The notes beneath the pieces were generated by a model that saw only the letters and a list, made by a program, of their open reading frames with translations, had not been told where the DNA came from and did no database searches. The translations under genes and the position numbers were made by a program. From the NCBI GenBank assembly GCA_951406725.2, contig OX597815.1, positions 40,238,001 through 40,302,000 on the forward strand: DNA of 64,000 nt, in the 5' to 3' direction. This document shows, piece after piece, positions 29,176 through 42,200 of this stretch; position 1 is the first letter of the stretch; every line of letters starts with the position of its first letter. This DNA is from Octopus vulgaris (lineage: Eukaryota).

Positions 29176-29976
29176 TAATGGGGTGGGTGGATGTGGGGTG
29201 TAGTGGGGGTTGGGTGGTGATGTTCCAGTTGCGACCAAACGTCTATTTTTATTTATTTGTTTCACATACATAATCTGTTTAGAATTACACGAATCAGTAT
29301 GTCCTTCCCTTTTCAAGGTTTGATTTTTGTGGGAATTTGGTTGCTATTTATAGCTTTTCAATCGATTACGTAGAGTCTTGTGATGTCACTTTCCGTGATG
29401 GCTTGTGAGTCACTTTAGTAAAATGGAAAAACGGGCGTATTACCATACTTGTCATTTCTTCGAAAGAAAATGTTTGGTAGCTCACGTACATTGTTAATTT
29501 ATTTTTAATTCATTTACTTTCATGGCGTTGCAGTCTATCATCTATTATAAATTATCTTGAATTTTAGTTGTAATGAATATTTTTCTCTCCATTTGATTGC
29601 GTGCTCGGAAATAATTTCTTGACAAACAACATATATTAAGTTATAAATAACATTTGTTTTTCCCGTAAGGTACAAAATATTGTCATAGATATTCTCATAA
29701 CCAGGTCCAAGTGGATAGCTCTGTTTCATTCTTAACTTCTGATACTTTCCTTTGACAATCTTGTAAAATGAACAGTAATGAACATAACTGGTGAGTTGTG
29801 AGAGGTGGGGGCGAAAAAAAACCGCTACCAGAATTTAAAGTTGAACGAAATTCCCAAAGTGCAGTGGAGATGTGGTGGTAATGCTGTATAAGATGATGTT
29901 GGGACAGAAATTATGGTTTTGGTGATTATACTGTGTAGAGAGTAGGTTTTATGGAAGGCATAACTTAATGTATGTA

Positions 29977-30342
29977 TCTCTATATATATAAACGGCAAAA
30001 TGTCTGTGTGTATGTCCTTTATACAAATCCACAATTTTTCAGTTAGAGGGCTCGCACTTTCTATGGTCATTCAAAACCATCCAAGGGTGGTCGTGCACAT
30101 CTTTACATTTCCCCAGTCACCTCGCAAAGCCATTAAAAAATCAATAGAAGTAACTTTTTTTGTGAATTTTCTATCCAAAACCCAATCAAAATGCCTGGAA
30201 CTTGATACGCCAATTGAATGCCAGCTAGCTGTATGTGATTGGTCGGAGATTTGGACAGTACTCGCGTGTATGTGCGCACGCATGCAGCTGAATATGCATG
30301 CACTTGCACTATGACCCGGCGTTGCCGGGTCATAGTGTTTGT
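29977..30342 (+). mobile_element. Non-autonomous Helitron-like element
   Basis: 5' TCTCTATATATATAAA start; 3' GC-rich hairpin CACTATGACCCGGC-GTT-GCCGGGTCATAGTG with a degenerate CTAG-like end. Confidence 0.65.
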
Positions 30343-30749
30343 GTTTAATAAAATACGATTTTATTTCTTTTAAACTATAATTTTGGTATTAAATTTAAAA
30401 GGTATATATTTTAATTTTTTTATCTTAAATAGCAAAATAGTTAATGAAGTTTTTTTTATCATTTTATTTACTAGCCAAGAGGAGGGATTGTTTCATGTCT
30501 TAGGATACCCTCCAAGACCAATGAAACTGATTGCCGGGTCATAGTGCTTGTGTTTAATAAAATACGATTTTATTTCTTTTAAACTATAATTTTGGTATTA
30601 AATTTAAAAGGTATATATTTTAATTTTTTTATCTTAAATAGCAAAATAGTTAATGAAGTTTTTTTTTATCATTTTATTTACGTAAGTTTAGTCAAGAGGA
30701 GGGATTGTTTCATGTCTCAGGATACCCTCCAAGACCAATGAAACTGATA

Positions 30750-31600
30750 CTGTTAATGTCCTGCTTAAATAGTTGGAAGTCAACGTTGCAGGAAAATCAT
30801 GCCCAGGAAGAAGAAATTCCTGTTGGCAAAACTGACATTCTGGATAGGAAGGATTGGGCAGAGTGGCTAGTGTAAGATCATGGAGGAGTAGACACGATAT
30901 GGATGATAAGATAAGGAGAGAGAAGTGAGATGGGAGTACCTGAGTGGAGGTGGTACAAGATTAGTCAATTCTGAGCAGCAGAGGCCATTTACATAGTAGT
31001 TATAGGAGAGACAGTGTGAAGAGACAATATGTCTGTGGACCAAAGGTTGGAGTGTATTTTTGAGAGTTACCATATGAATCAGTTGAATAGCTTTTCTTTC
31101 AATGCAATCTAAGATTGTTGGTGCAATGTAATAACAGCATTGTATCAGGCGTTGGAGTAGTACTATACAGAGTTTTGTTGAAGGTTGATAGTTGTTGTTG
31201 GTGGGATAGGGTGGAGGCTAGTTCTTGCTATGTTTAAGATGTGTGTTTGCCTGGAAAAAATTTCAGTAATGATGAGGTCTAGCATTTGTTGTGACCTTCA
31301 GCTCCTACTTGTAGGATGCTCCTGTTTAAATGGGTTTGATAATGTTTCCTTGATATGTGCAATGATTGTGTTCTCTTACTGTTGAAGAAAATAAGACTGG
31401 CATGACTTCTTTGGAGAATTTGTTCATGGAATTATTGAAGATTTGGCAAGAAGTGTCTAGGTTTATAAAGAGTGTAACCTGGACAGCAGAGGTGGATTAT
31501 AAAATAAATAAAGATTGAGATTTGTGTCACAGGAACAGGATGTAGGTAGAGAAAGTTTCATCTTGGTAAGAAGTGATGAACAATAACAAACAGCTGATGA
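30750..31600 (-). mobile_element. Decayed CR1/Jockey-like LINE 3' region
   Basis: LQPLVHRHIVSSHCLSYNYY.NGLCCSELTNLVPPP...HPYRV. Confidence 0.65.
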
Positions 31601-32975
31601 AAGGACTCAATATTGTATGAAGAATCAAATTTATTGTAATGGTTTCAAATTTTGGCACAAGGCCAGCAATTTTAGGAAGTGGGATGAGTCAGTTACATCA
31701 ATCCTAGTTCTTGACTGTCACTTAATTTTGTTAATCTTAGAATAAATGAAAATCAGAGCTGACTACAGCAGAATTTGAACCCAGAATGTAAGGAGCTGGA
31801 AGAAATACAATAAGCATTTTGACTGACATGCTAACAATTCTGCCAGCTCACCATCTTAGTCAAATTTAGTCAAATTTATTGTAATAAAAGAGATTGACTA
31901 TATTTAAGTTTTCACTACCTTTAAGATTGTTCAAATATGTAATTAGGAACACGAGTATCTTATTTACTAATACATAATTCCAGCATAGAATTGCTTCAGT
32001 CATGATAAGAATTCAGATTGTCATTTGTTTTTGGATTGTAAACTTGTTAAGGATAATATGAAGTTGATGCTTTAATAGTATTAAAAAATACCTGTGGTTA
32101 GGAAGTAACTATAGATCAATGATGACTCATATCACGATAACAATGATTAACAAATATCACATGACTTCAACAAAACTTTGAAGATATCACCCACTCCCGG
32201 AAGCGATTGTCAGTCACTCGTGGAAGTAAATCAAATGACTCATACTGATTAATCATCAGTTATAGCAACAAATGATTAACAGGTCCCTGGATATTTTTTT
32301 TATTTTAAACAACAAATGCATTTTTTTTCTATTGTTGTTTAGTGTCTATTTTATTCTATTTTTTAAAAATTGATTTATTGAATATTTTAAAAAATCGTCT
32401 AATCCACCACATATCTCAACTAAAATAACTGTAACTACGTTCATTGCTGATGATGTCACCACATTTGCTGCCCATTTTGCTTCCAACTCATACTGCATTG
32501 TATTCTATCTTTAAACTATTCCTAAACTGTCTTTCTCCATTTTACCCGTCTCTTCACCATATTTATAGAATTACAAAGTTAGAAATCTTTTCCACTCATT
32601 CTATCTCTACACGATACTTGGTTCTACCAGTGTTCAATCTAGCATGCTCAAAAGATATCAACCAACACTAAATCCTTTCTTCACCCAAAAGGCATCAGTC
32701 TTTTTTCTTTTACTTTATATAAACATGCAATAGTGAGTTCCATTTCTACAAGGCAACCCCTCTTACTGTACTATTGACATCACTTTCAACATGTCAAAGG
32801 CAAAAGTGACAGTCAAACACAGTCCCCCACTCTCTTGCTCTTTCTGTGACCATTCATACACCTACAATACTGTCTGATCAACCAGATACAAATTCTCCTA
32901 CATCACATACCAGCAATCTCTTGTTCTTGAGAATTTTGGAGAAAGTCAAGTTCAAAGCACTTGATATCAGCAAAT

Positions 32976-33240
32976 AGTTAAGTTAAGTTAAGTTAATTTT
33001 TTGGCTCAAAAAGCAAAAGCAAGGCCATGTAGGGGGACATGGAGTTATGTACAGGGAGGGTGTTCATGCAAAAAGTTCAGGCCATTTCTGGTCAAGAGAG
33101 CCTTTGAACCGAGCAGTCGTCGGCATCTTCACTATCTCATTCGGCAGCTTATTCCACGGATCCGCAACCCAGAGGGAGAAAGCCCCTCTCCTTCGATTGA
33201 GATGAAATCGTCGCAGATACTTCAGCTGTGCTTAGCATGA
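32976..33240 (-). mobile_element. CR1-like LINE 3' end with (TTAAC)n tail
   Basis: Minus strand reads ...KMPTTARFKGSLDQKWPELFA* followed by a short tandem tail. Confidence 0.6.
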
Positions 33241-33654
33241 AATCTTCCTTAGTTTCTCAACTATGTGCATCATTGATCTCTCATCTCTTGGTTCAGAACA
33301 GCCTTCTCAGATTATTTCTAAGTTTCTGTTATGTCTGAAATATTATTATTGCTCACACATTAAATACTTACCTGCCAGTGTTTCTCCTTCTCTCATTATC
33401 ATACTTGAAGACTTCCTGAGATGCATTTCTCTTTTATGTTTTCTTAATTCATCATATGAAAACAAGCAGTATTCATAAGCATTGTCAGCCATCCTTATCT
33501 GTTCAGATTAATGTGGTTGATGTTCAGCTTGAACTTATTATACAAGTTGATGCCTGTGGGGCGAGAGACAGAATACCAAATGATTGCATGATTGAAGTAA
33601 AGAGTTGTGTTGGATCAATCTGGATATAACGTACAGTGGGGGTAAGAAGGCTGA

Positions 33655-33736
33655 GAAGAAAGATGAGGAGAAGAAGAAGAAGAAGAAGAAGAAGAAGAAG
33701 AAGAAGAAGAAGAAGAAGAAGAAGAAGAAGAAGAAG

Positions 33737-33775
<39 letters not shown>

Positions 33776-33826
33776 AGCAGCAGCAACATTGCCGTTATCA
33801 TCGTCATCATCATCATCATCATCATC
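33655..33826. repeat. Compound (AAG)n(AAC)n(ATC)n microsatellite
   Basis: Directly visible. Confidence 0.95.
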
Positions 33827-34421
33827 AAGAAGCTCCAGTGTTTGCTTTGGCATGGTTTTTATGACTGAATGTCTTTCCTAATCCCAACCACTTTACTGAA
33901 TGTATTCAGTGCATTTTATATGACACTGGTGTTTGTGAGATTACTGAGTAACTTCTAAGACAAACCCCTTCTACTGAATTACACTGGTTAACTAAGAACT
34001 AAAGCTATTAAAACAGAATTATATTTCTTTTGTTTTATATATAAATTTGTGAAAGATTTATATTAGGGAAAACTTACATAAAGAAATGTCCCAGTACAAA
34101 GCAATAGATTGTAATTGAAAATTTTACAGAGATTAAATATTGATAGACACAAGACTTCAAATTTTGAGGGAGAAAATAGCCAATTATATTTGACAGGAAC
34201 TTTGATATTAGTATAAAGACTTAATTACTAATGATTATCATGATGTGAAAAGAATTTCTTTATCCAAGAGAGAATATATCCACAGGTTTAAATGGAGCCT
34301 TCATATAACTGCATACATGTTTAACCTTTTCGTTACCAAATTTCTATTGTAACACTTAATTTTGAAAATAAGGAAGAATTTAAATAAAATCACTTAGTGT
34401 TTAAAAAAACATAAACTAATA

Positions 34422-34805
34422 GGTGTAGGAGTGGCTTTTGTGGTAAGTAGCTTGCTTACGAACCACATGGTTCTGGGTTCAGTCCACTGTGTGGCACCTT
34501 GGGCATGTGTCTTCTACTATAGCCTCAGGCCGACCAAAGCCTTGTGAGTGGATTTGGTAGACGGAAATTAAAAGAAGCCCGTCGTATATGTATATATATG
34601 TGTGTGTGTGTGTGTGTTTGTGCTCCCAACATCGCTTGACAACCGATGCTGGTGTGTTTACATCCCCGTAACTTAGCGGTTCAGCAAAATTGACCGATAG
34701 AATAAGTACTAGGCTTAAAAAGAATAAGTCCTGGGGTCGATTTGCTCGACTAAAGGCGGTACTCTAGCATGGCCACAGTCAAATTACTGAAACAAGTAAA
34801 AGAGT
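34422..34805 (+). mobile_element. Full-length tRNA-derived SINE family S2
   Basis: A-box-like TGTGGTAAG, B-box-like GGTTCAGTCC, central microsatellite, S2 tail. Confidence 0.88.
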
Positions 34806-34889
34806 AACGTGAAGTTTTGATGGAAGGTTTTAATTTAAAATAAGAAGTTTGTACCTGCAGATATAATAAGCACTTTCAGGTACAATAAG

Positions 34890-35780
34890 CACTAAAAATG
34901 CATAGACAGTAGACTCACTCAAATACTTGAGAAGGTCATTAGAAGTAGTAGATAGCCTCTATTACCTTGGCAACCAAGTTAGCAGTGGAAGAGGAAGTTC
35001 TGATAGTGTAGTTTCTAGATTAAGAATGGGCTGGGCAATGTTCAAAGAGATTCTACCTCTGTTAGTAACTAAGGGTCTCTCCCTCAGAGTGAAAGGCAAA
35101 TTGTATGATGTCTGTGTATGTACAGCTACTCTACATGGCAGTGAAACATGAGATTTGTTTACAGTGGACTTGTGAAGGCTTCAAAGAAATGAAGGTAACA
35201 TACTCTGCTGGATGAGTAATGTCAGTGTAAATGATTTAAGAGGAGAACTGGGTATAAGGGGCATCAGATGTTGTGTGCAAGAGAGAAGACTGTGCTAGTT
35301 TGGTTACAAGATGTATATGGATGAGGACAGCTGTAAAAAGAAGTACCAAGTTCTAATTGTGGAGAGAACTTGTGGAAGGGCTAAACCCAGAAAGATGTGA
35401 GAAAGAATATTTGAACTCTGGGCCTCACTGAGGAAATAACAAGAGACTGGGAGTTGTGGCGATTTGCTGTACTTGAGATGACACACCAAGCTAAGTAAAA
35501 TCTCTGTCATCCATATATACAGGCTTGTCCTTTACAGGAACTGATGTCACACTAAATGCACTGGTGCCAGTGCTGTGTGAACACACCTGAGCCAGTCGTA
35601 CTTAAAAGGAACCCAGCATACTCTGTAAAGTGGTTGGTGTTAGGAAGGGTATCCAGCTGTAGAAATCATGCCACAACTGACAATTGGAGTTTGGACAGCT
35701 GCCAGCCGGTTGGTTAGCTCCATGTCAAATTGTCCAACTCATGCCAGCGTGGAAAACAGACGTTAAATAATGATGATGAT
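34890..35780 (+). mobile_element. RTE-clade LINE 3' part with (ATG)n tail
   Basis: LEVVDSLYYLG...RLRMGWAMFKEILPLL..KGLSLRVKGKLYDVCV...LHGSET; tail GGAAGGGTATCCAGCTGTAGAAA...GACGTTAAATAATGATGATG; tail copies at ~41430(-), 43720(+) and 58725(-). Confidence 0.85.
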
Positions 35781-37499
35781 AAAGAAGTTTGTATCATAGA
35801 ACTAGTGGTGGTCCCAGGTGCTTTGGTGTGATAAAAGTTAAGCAGATTATTTGAACATTTCAGGAGAAAATTATAAAATCTTGAACTCTTAAAATAAAAT
35901 TTTACAGAGAGACATAAACAGAAAAGAATATTATTCAGTCACATAAGGTCTGAGGTTTTAGTAGGGCCTCATTTGTACATGCAAGTTTAGATGAGGCTTA
36001 GGCAATCTTTTTTGAGAAGCAAGTCACATGAGATATGACTCATCATCAAGCGGACCGCACGAGTAAAAAAATTCAAGGTCTGCCATTTAGAATGTCCTAC
36101 TGTCTGCTATTTGTCCATGACTGGTTTAGATGATAGACTATTGATTTGCGTCTTTTAATTTAGGTCCTAATAAAATAAATCGTGATTTAATTTATGTAAT
36201 ATCTGGTATTAATTTACCTAATATATTTGTCAGTATAAAATTTCTTTTAATAAACTTTCAATTTTGGACAAATTGTTGTTTAACCCCTATATAGTACTCT
36301 CAGTTAAGGATCAGGAGCTTGGTCTTAACCGTCACCAAAAGTGCATCTTAGTAATCGCTCGACCTGCTAGAAACAGAAACCAAATGTTTCTCAACTCACA
36401 TCCTACTGTCTTGAAAGAAGAAAGAATGCAATGGACATGTAGACATGTAGTCTCTGATATTAAAAAAAGACGATCATGACTGAATTGCCTTTGATCATAT
36501 AGGTCGGTTTAGTCAGGGCTGACTCAGGGCTAAACAACATCAATAACAATTCTCAACATCATTGTCATCACCCCTAACCGTATCTTTTTAATCTTTTTCT
36601 TTCTTTTTTTTCCTCTTCTCTTCTCTTCACCCTCCTCTGTCGTTTAATTTAGGCCTTAATAAATTAAATCGTGATTTATTCATTAAAAATATAATTTATA
36701 CAATTAGACAATAACAAAAACAATCTGAAAATGGGGACCTCGTCGATTGTTTAATGTAATTAATGGAAAGCTTAGCAGAAATAACATTGCGGTCAGTTTT
36801 CATCAGTATGAAGAAGAGTAATTTACATTCATTCAAATACATGTAAATCACACGTATTTGAAAAATGCTAACTATGTTGTTTTTTTTCCAGAATTTTTGT
36901 AATTATTCATGAATTATATATGTAAACATGTTACTAGAAGGGGGACAATTCAGATCGACATAAGCTGCAGCAACTGTTGTTCTGAGCATTATAAACTTTA
37001 TTTGGGGTTTTTTTTTGTAACTTGGTACATATTTCAAACATAAATACATTTTAATAAGTGATTTGCTAAGTCAACCATAAATAGAAAAGAAGAATAGAAT
37101 CCAGAACAATGTTGATGAATGAAAAAAATTATTCAATATTTTGATATTAATCAATATCACTAATTCTTTTACATTTGTGAGTTTATTTTAGTCTAGAGTT
37201 GTGTGGCCTTCATCACACGTATATTGTGCATGCATCCATAGGTTGCATACAATATAATTTAATATTTCAATATTCTATAGATTGTAATTAAAGAATTAAG
37301 GTGTAAACAAAACAGCAATTAAAAATTTTATTCCAACAATTAAGACACAGGTTTAAAAAAAAATATTCTGCTGTCAGATTATGGAAACTTACAATCGTAA
37401 GGTTATCTAAACTTTAAATCCTGGCGTATAATAAATAAACCAACCATTATTAATTTTCGATGCAAAGAAATTTACCGAATTGTCGACCCTAGATCGTAT

Positions 37500-37940
37500 A
37501 TCCCTGACCCGGAATTTACTTCCGAAAACACGTGTTACTCATGTGAACGTCTAGAGATAGGATTGCGAAGCTAATTTATATTTATAATGAATGATTTTAG
37601 ATTTTCTTTTTTTTTTTTTTTTTTTTAATATAATTTAATATTGCAGCATCTTAAAGGTTGATGCAATAGAGAAAATTTAACTTATAAATTACACATCATT
37701 AAAAATGAAAAATTAATTAAATTGAATTTTCACACCAAATATTATAAAACACACGTTTTTGGAAAACTTGATTCATGTATTTAATTAAGAAAAATTATTG
37801 AACGAGCGAAAACAAATGTAACCTCAAGATATTTTGAAAACATGGGGAAATAACGTCAATCATTCGCGTTTTTTTTTAAATTTTCAGTTGATTTGATTGG
37901 TTCATATTTGTCACATGGCGCTAACGGCCCGCCAAAATAC
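37500..37940 (+). promoter_or_regulatory. Putative wee1 promoter with cell-cycle motifs
   Basis: E2F-like CCCGCCAAAA (~37928-37937), inverted CCAAT (GATTGG ~37895-37900), CHR-like TTTGAA (~37833), E-box CACGTG (37529-37534), ETS-like CCGGAA/TTCCG (~37509-37524); 0.5-0.9 kb upstream of the ATG. Confidence 0.5.
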
Positions 37941-38422
37941 AAACACTTATATTAGTAGGCGTTATCCTTGTTGACATAGAAAGATATACTTATAAAACGT
38001 GTTTCAATTATTTTAATCATACATGGTTGACTACGCTCATCTAAACTAGCTTTCGAAACACTATTTTCACACTTGTCAGTTTCCAGTGTCTGTTGGGATT
38101 TTTTCCAAGCACTAAGTGCGTAACGAAGCAAGTTATTTTTATTGAATCGTAGTTGACCGCGTGTAGTCGTCTCGTCAAATATGACGATCTCTTCACTTAA
38201 TGTTACAACTGACTGAAGAGAAAGAAGAAAAAAGATTATCAAATTAACTAATCAAGGTCATCTACATCATCAGCTATTATTTTGATCTGTCGCTTATTGT
38301 TATTGAACTTTCACTATATTTCTTTAAAGTTTTCGTTTGTATTTATATTATTGTATAGCGTACAATAATTCTCATTTGGATTAATCCTCATAGATTAACT
38401 TTAGATCACCAAACCTTTTCCA

Positions 38423-39234
38423 ATGCCTCTCACCAGCCAAGGGAAACCTGTTTCTAGGCGCTGTTTTTCGAGGGCAAATGGTACTGCCTTGAGAACTACA
38501 CTGGACTTCAACAGTAGTGGCAGTGCTGAAGATATGATGGAAGATGAAGATGAGGAAGATTCCTTACCAACCAAGCATGACAAACGGCACGAAGATGCCG
38601 ATAACCGTTCTTTCCTTCGAATATCTCTTGACCTATATAATGACTCTGCTATTGTTGCTGACCTCCTCGAAGAAGATGATGATGTTATGGCCACAAATTT
38701 ACCAAGCCAAACACCCAACAGAAAAATATTCAATACTAGCCACAACAGTCCCTTCCGCTGGAGACGTGCGGTTACTACAGGCGGACGTATAACAAGGTCT
38801 AAGATTGAGTCAGGTGGTGCAATTCCTTTTAATCCCGAAATGGAGATATCTGCTATTGTCGATTTCAACAGTAGTCAAGAAAGTGGTTTAAGTACTCCTC
38901 AACTTGATATCAGTGGCTGTGATACACCATCAAGGCAAATGTCTCCCTTAAATCATAAGTCGACACCTGCAACTCAATCACCCCCAGAAATGTTGTCCTG
39001 TCTATCTCCTCCGCATCGAAAGTTTCGGGCACTACGATTGTTCGACACTCCTCACACTCCACAGACTCTGTTATTAAATGTGAGGAAGAAGGACAAGTAT
39101 GCTGGTGATCGAACCAAGGTTAAATGTCTTCGGAAAAAAAAAATTGAAAGGCTCGAGGCCAATATTAATCCATTTACAACATCCATAACATGTCGAGCAT
39201 CTGGCGAGAAGCGAACTCGATCCCAAAGTGACAA
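38423..39234 (+). CDS. wee1: wee1 exon 1 (N-terminal regulatory domain with SP/TP sites and Wee-box)
   Basis: ORF 38423-39238 contains FRALRLFDTPHTP and ANINPFT; donor AA|GTAATT at 39235, phase 2. Confidence 0.92.
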
Positions 39235-42200
39235 GTAATTGTTTTTTTGTATTTTCATTTTTTTTTTACTTTTATTTTCATGTGTCTGTACAAATGTTTC
39301 AAAATTTTCAGTCTGTCATTTTACTGTTTTTGAGTTGATTAACAGCATTTTTGGAATGATAGACTGTAAAATAATGACAACTCGCAATATGCTAACCATA
39401 ATGTGGACTGGATTTTGTTTAAAAATGCCTGGTTTCAGTTAAAAACAAAAACATTTTCCGTTTCTTATTAAAGATTATGATTTGTTAAGGTAGTAAAAAT
39501 CACATTCAAGTAACCTTTTAAGCATGAAAGGAGCTAATTAGGTATACGAGCTTATAATTTTCTGAAATTACAATAATTTAGAGGTTCTAGAATCGAAGAA
39601 AAATAATGTTTTTTTTTTTAAATCGTTTAATTTCATATGGTAAAATATGTCATTATTTAGTTTAGTGCTTGGCTTGCTGTTTTGTTTTTAAGGGCATCAA
39701 AAACGCAAGGTCTACATGTGCAATCTAATTTTAGATAGTGTGTCATGTTTTTTCGAATATTAAAAGAAAATTATTCGTTAACCATAATCCGATTTGTATC
39801 TCATATTTTGAAAAAAGCTCACTCATTGCCAAGTTGAAATTTACTTTTTCCATGTAGTTATATTACACACATTTTTTTTTTGATTTTCTGATAATCGTAA
39901 CGCCCTATATTAACCGTTATAGATCTCACAATGTTGCATCAAGTTAATTATAACATTTTATAACTCGTGTTTCTGAAGTTAATAACTAAATTTCGTCATA
40001 CATATTATTAGTATCAATTATAAAGACACCTTGCTATATTACTTAACTAGGGATATTCTATATTGAGGCTTGATGAAATGTTTGATGTTAAAAGTATTTA
40101 AATTATCTTTTTACTTCAAGTGTGATAAAGGAGCATCTACTCCCCATAAAATAATGAATTTAGAAGAAGCATTAAAAAAATATTTCTGTACATGAAGCGT
40201 AAGGTATTTGGCATACTCCTACATGTGTGTCCCACCGGACTTTGTTGCCTCATAACTTCCAGAAAATTTTTTCCAAGGCTGGGGGGAGAAGTTTCGGAAA
40301 ATTCACACAAGAGACGGCAGATATTTTTGTCTTGTTTCTGTTAATTCGATGGAAATTCGTGTTGAATTACATATTAAGCGCAAAGTACTTAAAAAATACT
40401 GCTGGAGATTAGTACTTATTCCGAAACTCTGCACAAATGCTAAAGCTCGATACAAAATGTAACAAAACACATACACGACTAATTAAATCCACTTTCCACA
40501 AAATAGAACTAGATCAAAAGGAGAGATGCGAAACTGCAGTAAGCTCCGAGAAAAAGTTTACAGAGTACGCTTCAACAGTAAATATTACCGAATACTAATT
40601 AGCTTGTTTACTTGTGCAAAAACCGTTTACTATTTAATTGATTTAAACCACAGAGTTAATTGTCGATAAAATAGCATATTGATAACATCATATTACTAAT
40701 ACTTGTTTTGTTTTGAGTAAACGATAAGCAAAGTCAAGCGAATTTTTAAATGTCATAAACTATATTTTACTATGGGCTGCTGTTAAAAGAAGCAAACCGT
40801 CTCTCATTCAAACTATTGAATATAGCGCAAATACTGAATCCACTCTTTTCTTATGCTCAGTTGCTATTGATGCATACTATGTATTGCTTTGAGTAAATAT
40901 AATAACCATTATTAGGTGATTCTTTCTTGCTAACAAGGCTACTTGAGATTTCATTAATGTAACTTAATCAGCAAATTTCGCTTTTCCGCCAGTTTTATAG
41001 AAACGGTGATATACTATTTCATTACGTCTTAAAATAGCTTCAACTTTTCAAACAGTGCGTGCTTTCATTAAATCCACTTTACAGGATGATTATCATTAGG
41101 GTTGAGCTTTTATGTGGTTGCTTGACCTACTAGAAATAACAATCAAATCTCCCTCAAACCCTACTAACTTTTAATGGATATTTTAGTCCCACATACAATG
41201 AAAATGGGGGGGGGGGATTGTCTGGCGAAATCCGCTTCATCAGTGCTGACCTGTGGCATAAACACATTCAAATGCAAAACCTGTGATATTGATCAAAAAC
41301 ATTTTACGCCTCGCTTGTTTTCAGTAAGAGTAACAGGAAATGAAAGACGAATAGCGATTTAGAACGAAGAGATAGCTATCAGATAACTGTAAATTATCTA
41401 GGCTCAGTTTGTTATGGCCTACATAATCATTATCGTCATTTAACGTCCGACACTTGCTGTATGAGATTGATCATCAGACAGGATCTGATGTGTCAGAGGC
41501 CTGCTTTGGCATCATATCTGTGAACGAGTGGATGTCTTTCCTAACTCCAACCACTTTACTGAGTGGGTTTTTTTTCCCTTGGCACCAGCACTAGAGAGGT
41601 CGCCATGTAACTCGCAAGCCTCTTCGAGAAAGTTAAAACATTGAGTACAGTTAGTTTTATGCTAGTGTTGAGAGGAGCTAAAGTATAATAGAAATTTTAA
41701 TGTTTTAATTTTTGCATAATTTGGGGCTTCATATCTGATACGATGAAATAAATATTAATTGATACATACTGATGCTGAAACTGATCTACTCTAAAGAAAC
41801 CCATATTATTACCATACAAACCATGAATCTATGAATTATGTAATGATTTATAAATGACGTGTAATGGATGTGTAGTACTTGCATTTGCAAGTTGTTTACA
41901 AAACATCGTCATTTAACGTCCGACACTTGCACATGCAGGTACTACAAGTATAAAGCTCCGCATACCGAATGCCAGCAAGTGTATAGGGTCATCGGGAGAG
42001 AATGCGCGTCGTTTCGGGGCTTACCTTTTGACGGCATCATTGCGCACCCCACCCCTCTTCGCTGATATGAGGCCCCGGTTGATTGACCAACGGGTTATCA
42101 AATAAAGCTCGTCTCTTTTTAACCAAATCCAGTAAATTGTAATGGATGGATATATATATATATGAGCAATGTGAATATATATATATATATATTCACTTTG

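Noticed and set aside
38401-38868. 155-aa minus-strand ORF
   Set aside because: Antisense shadow of wee1 exon 1.
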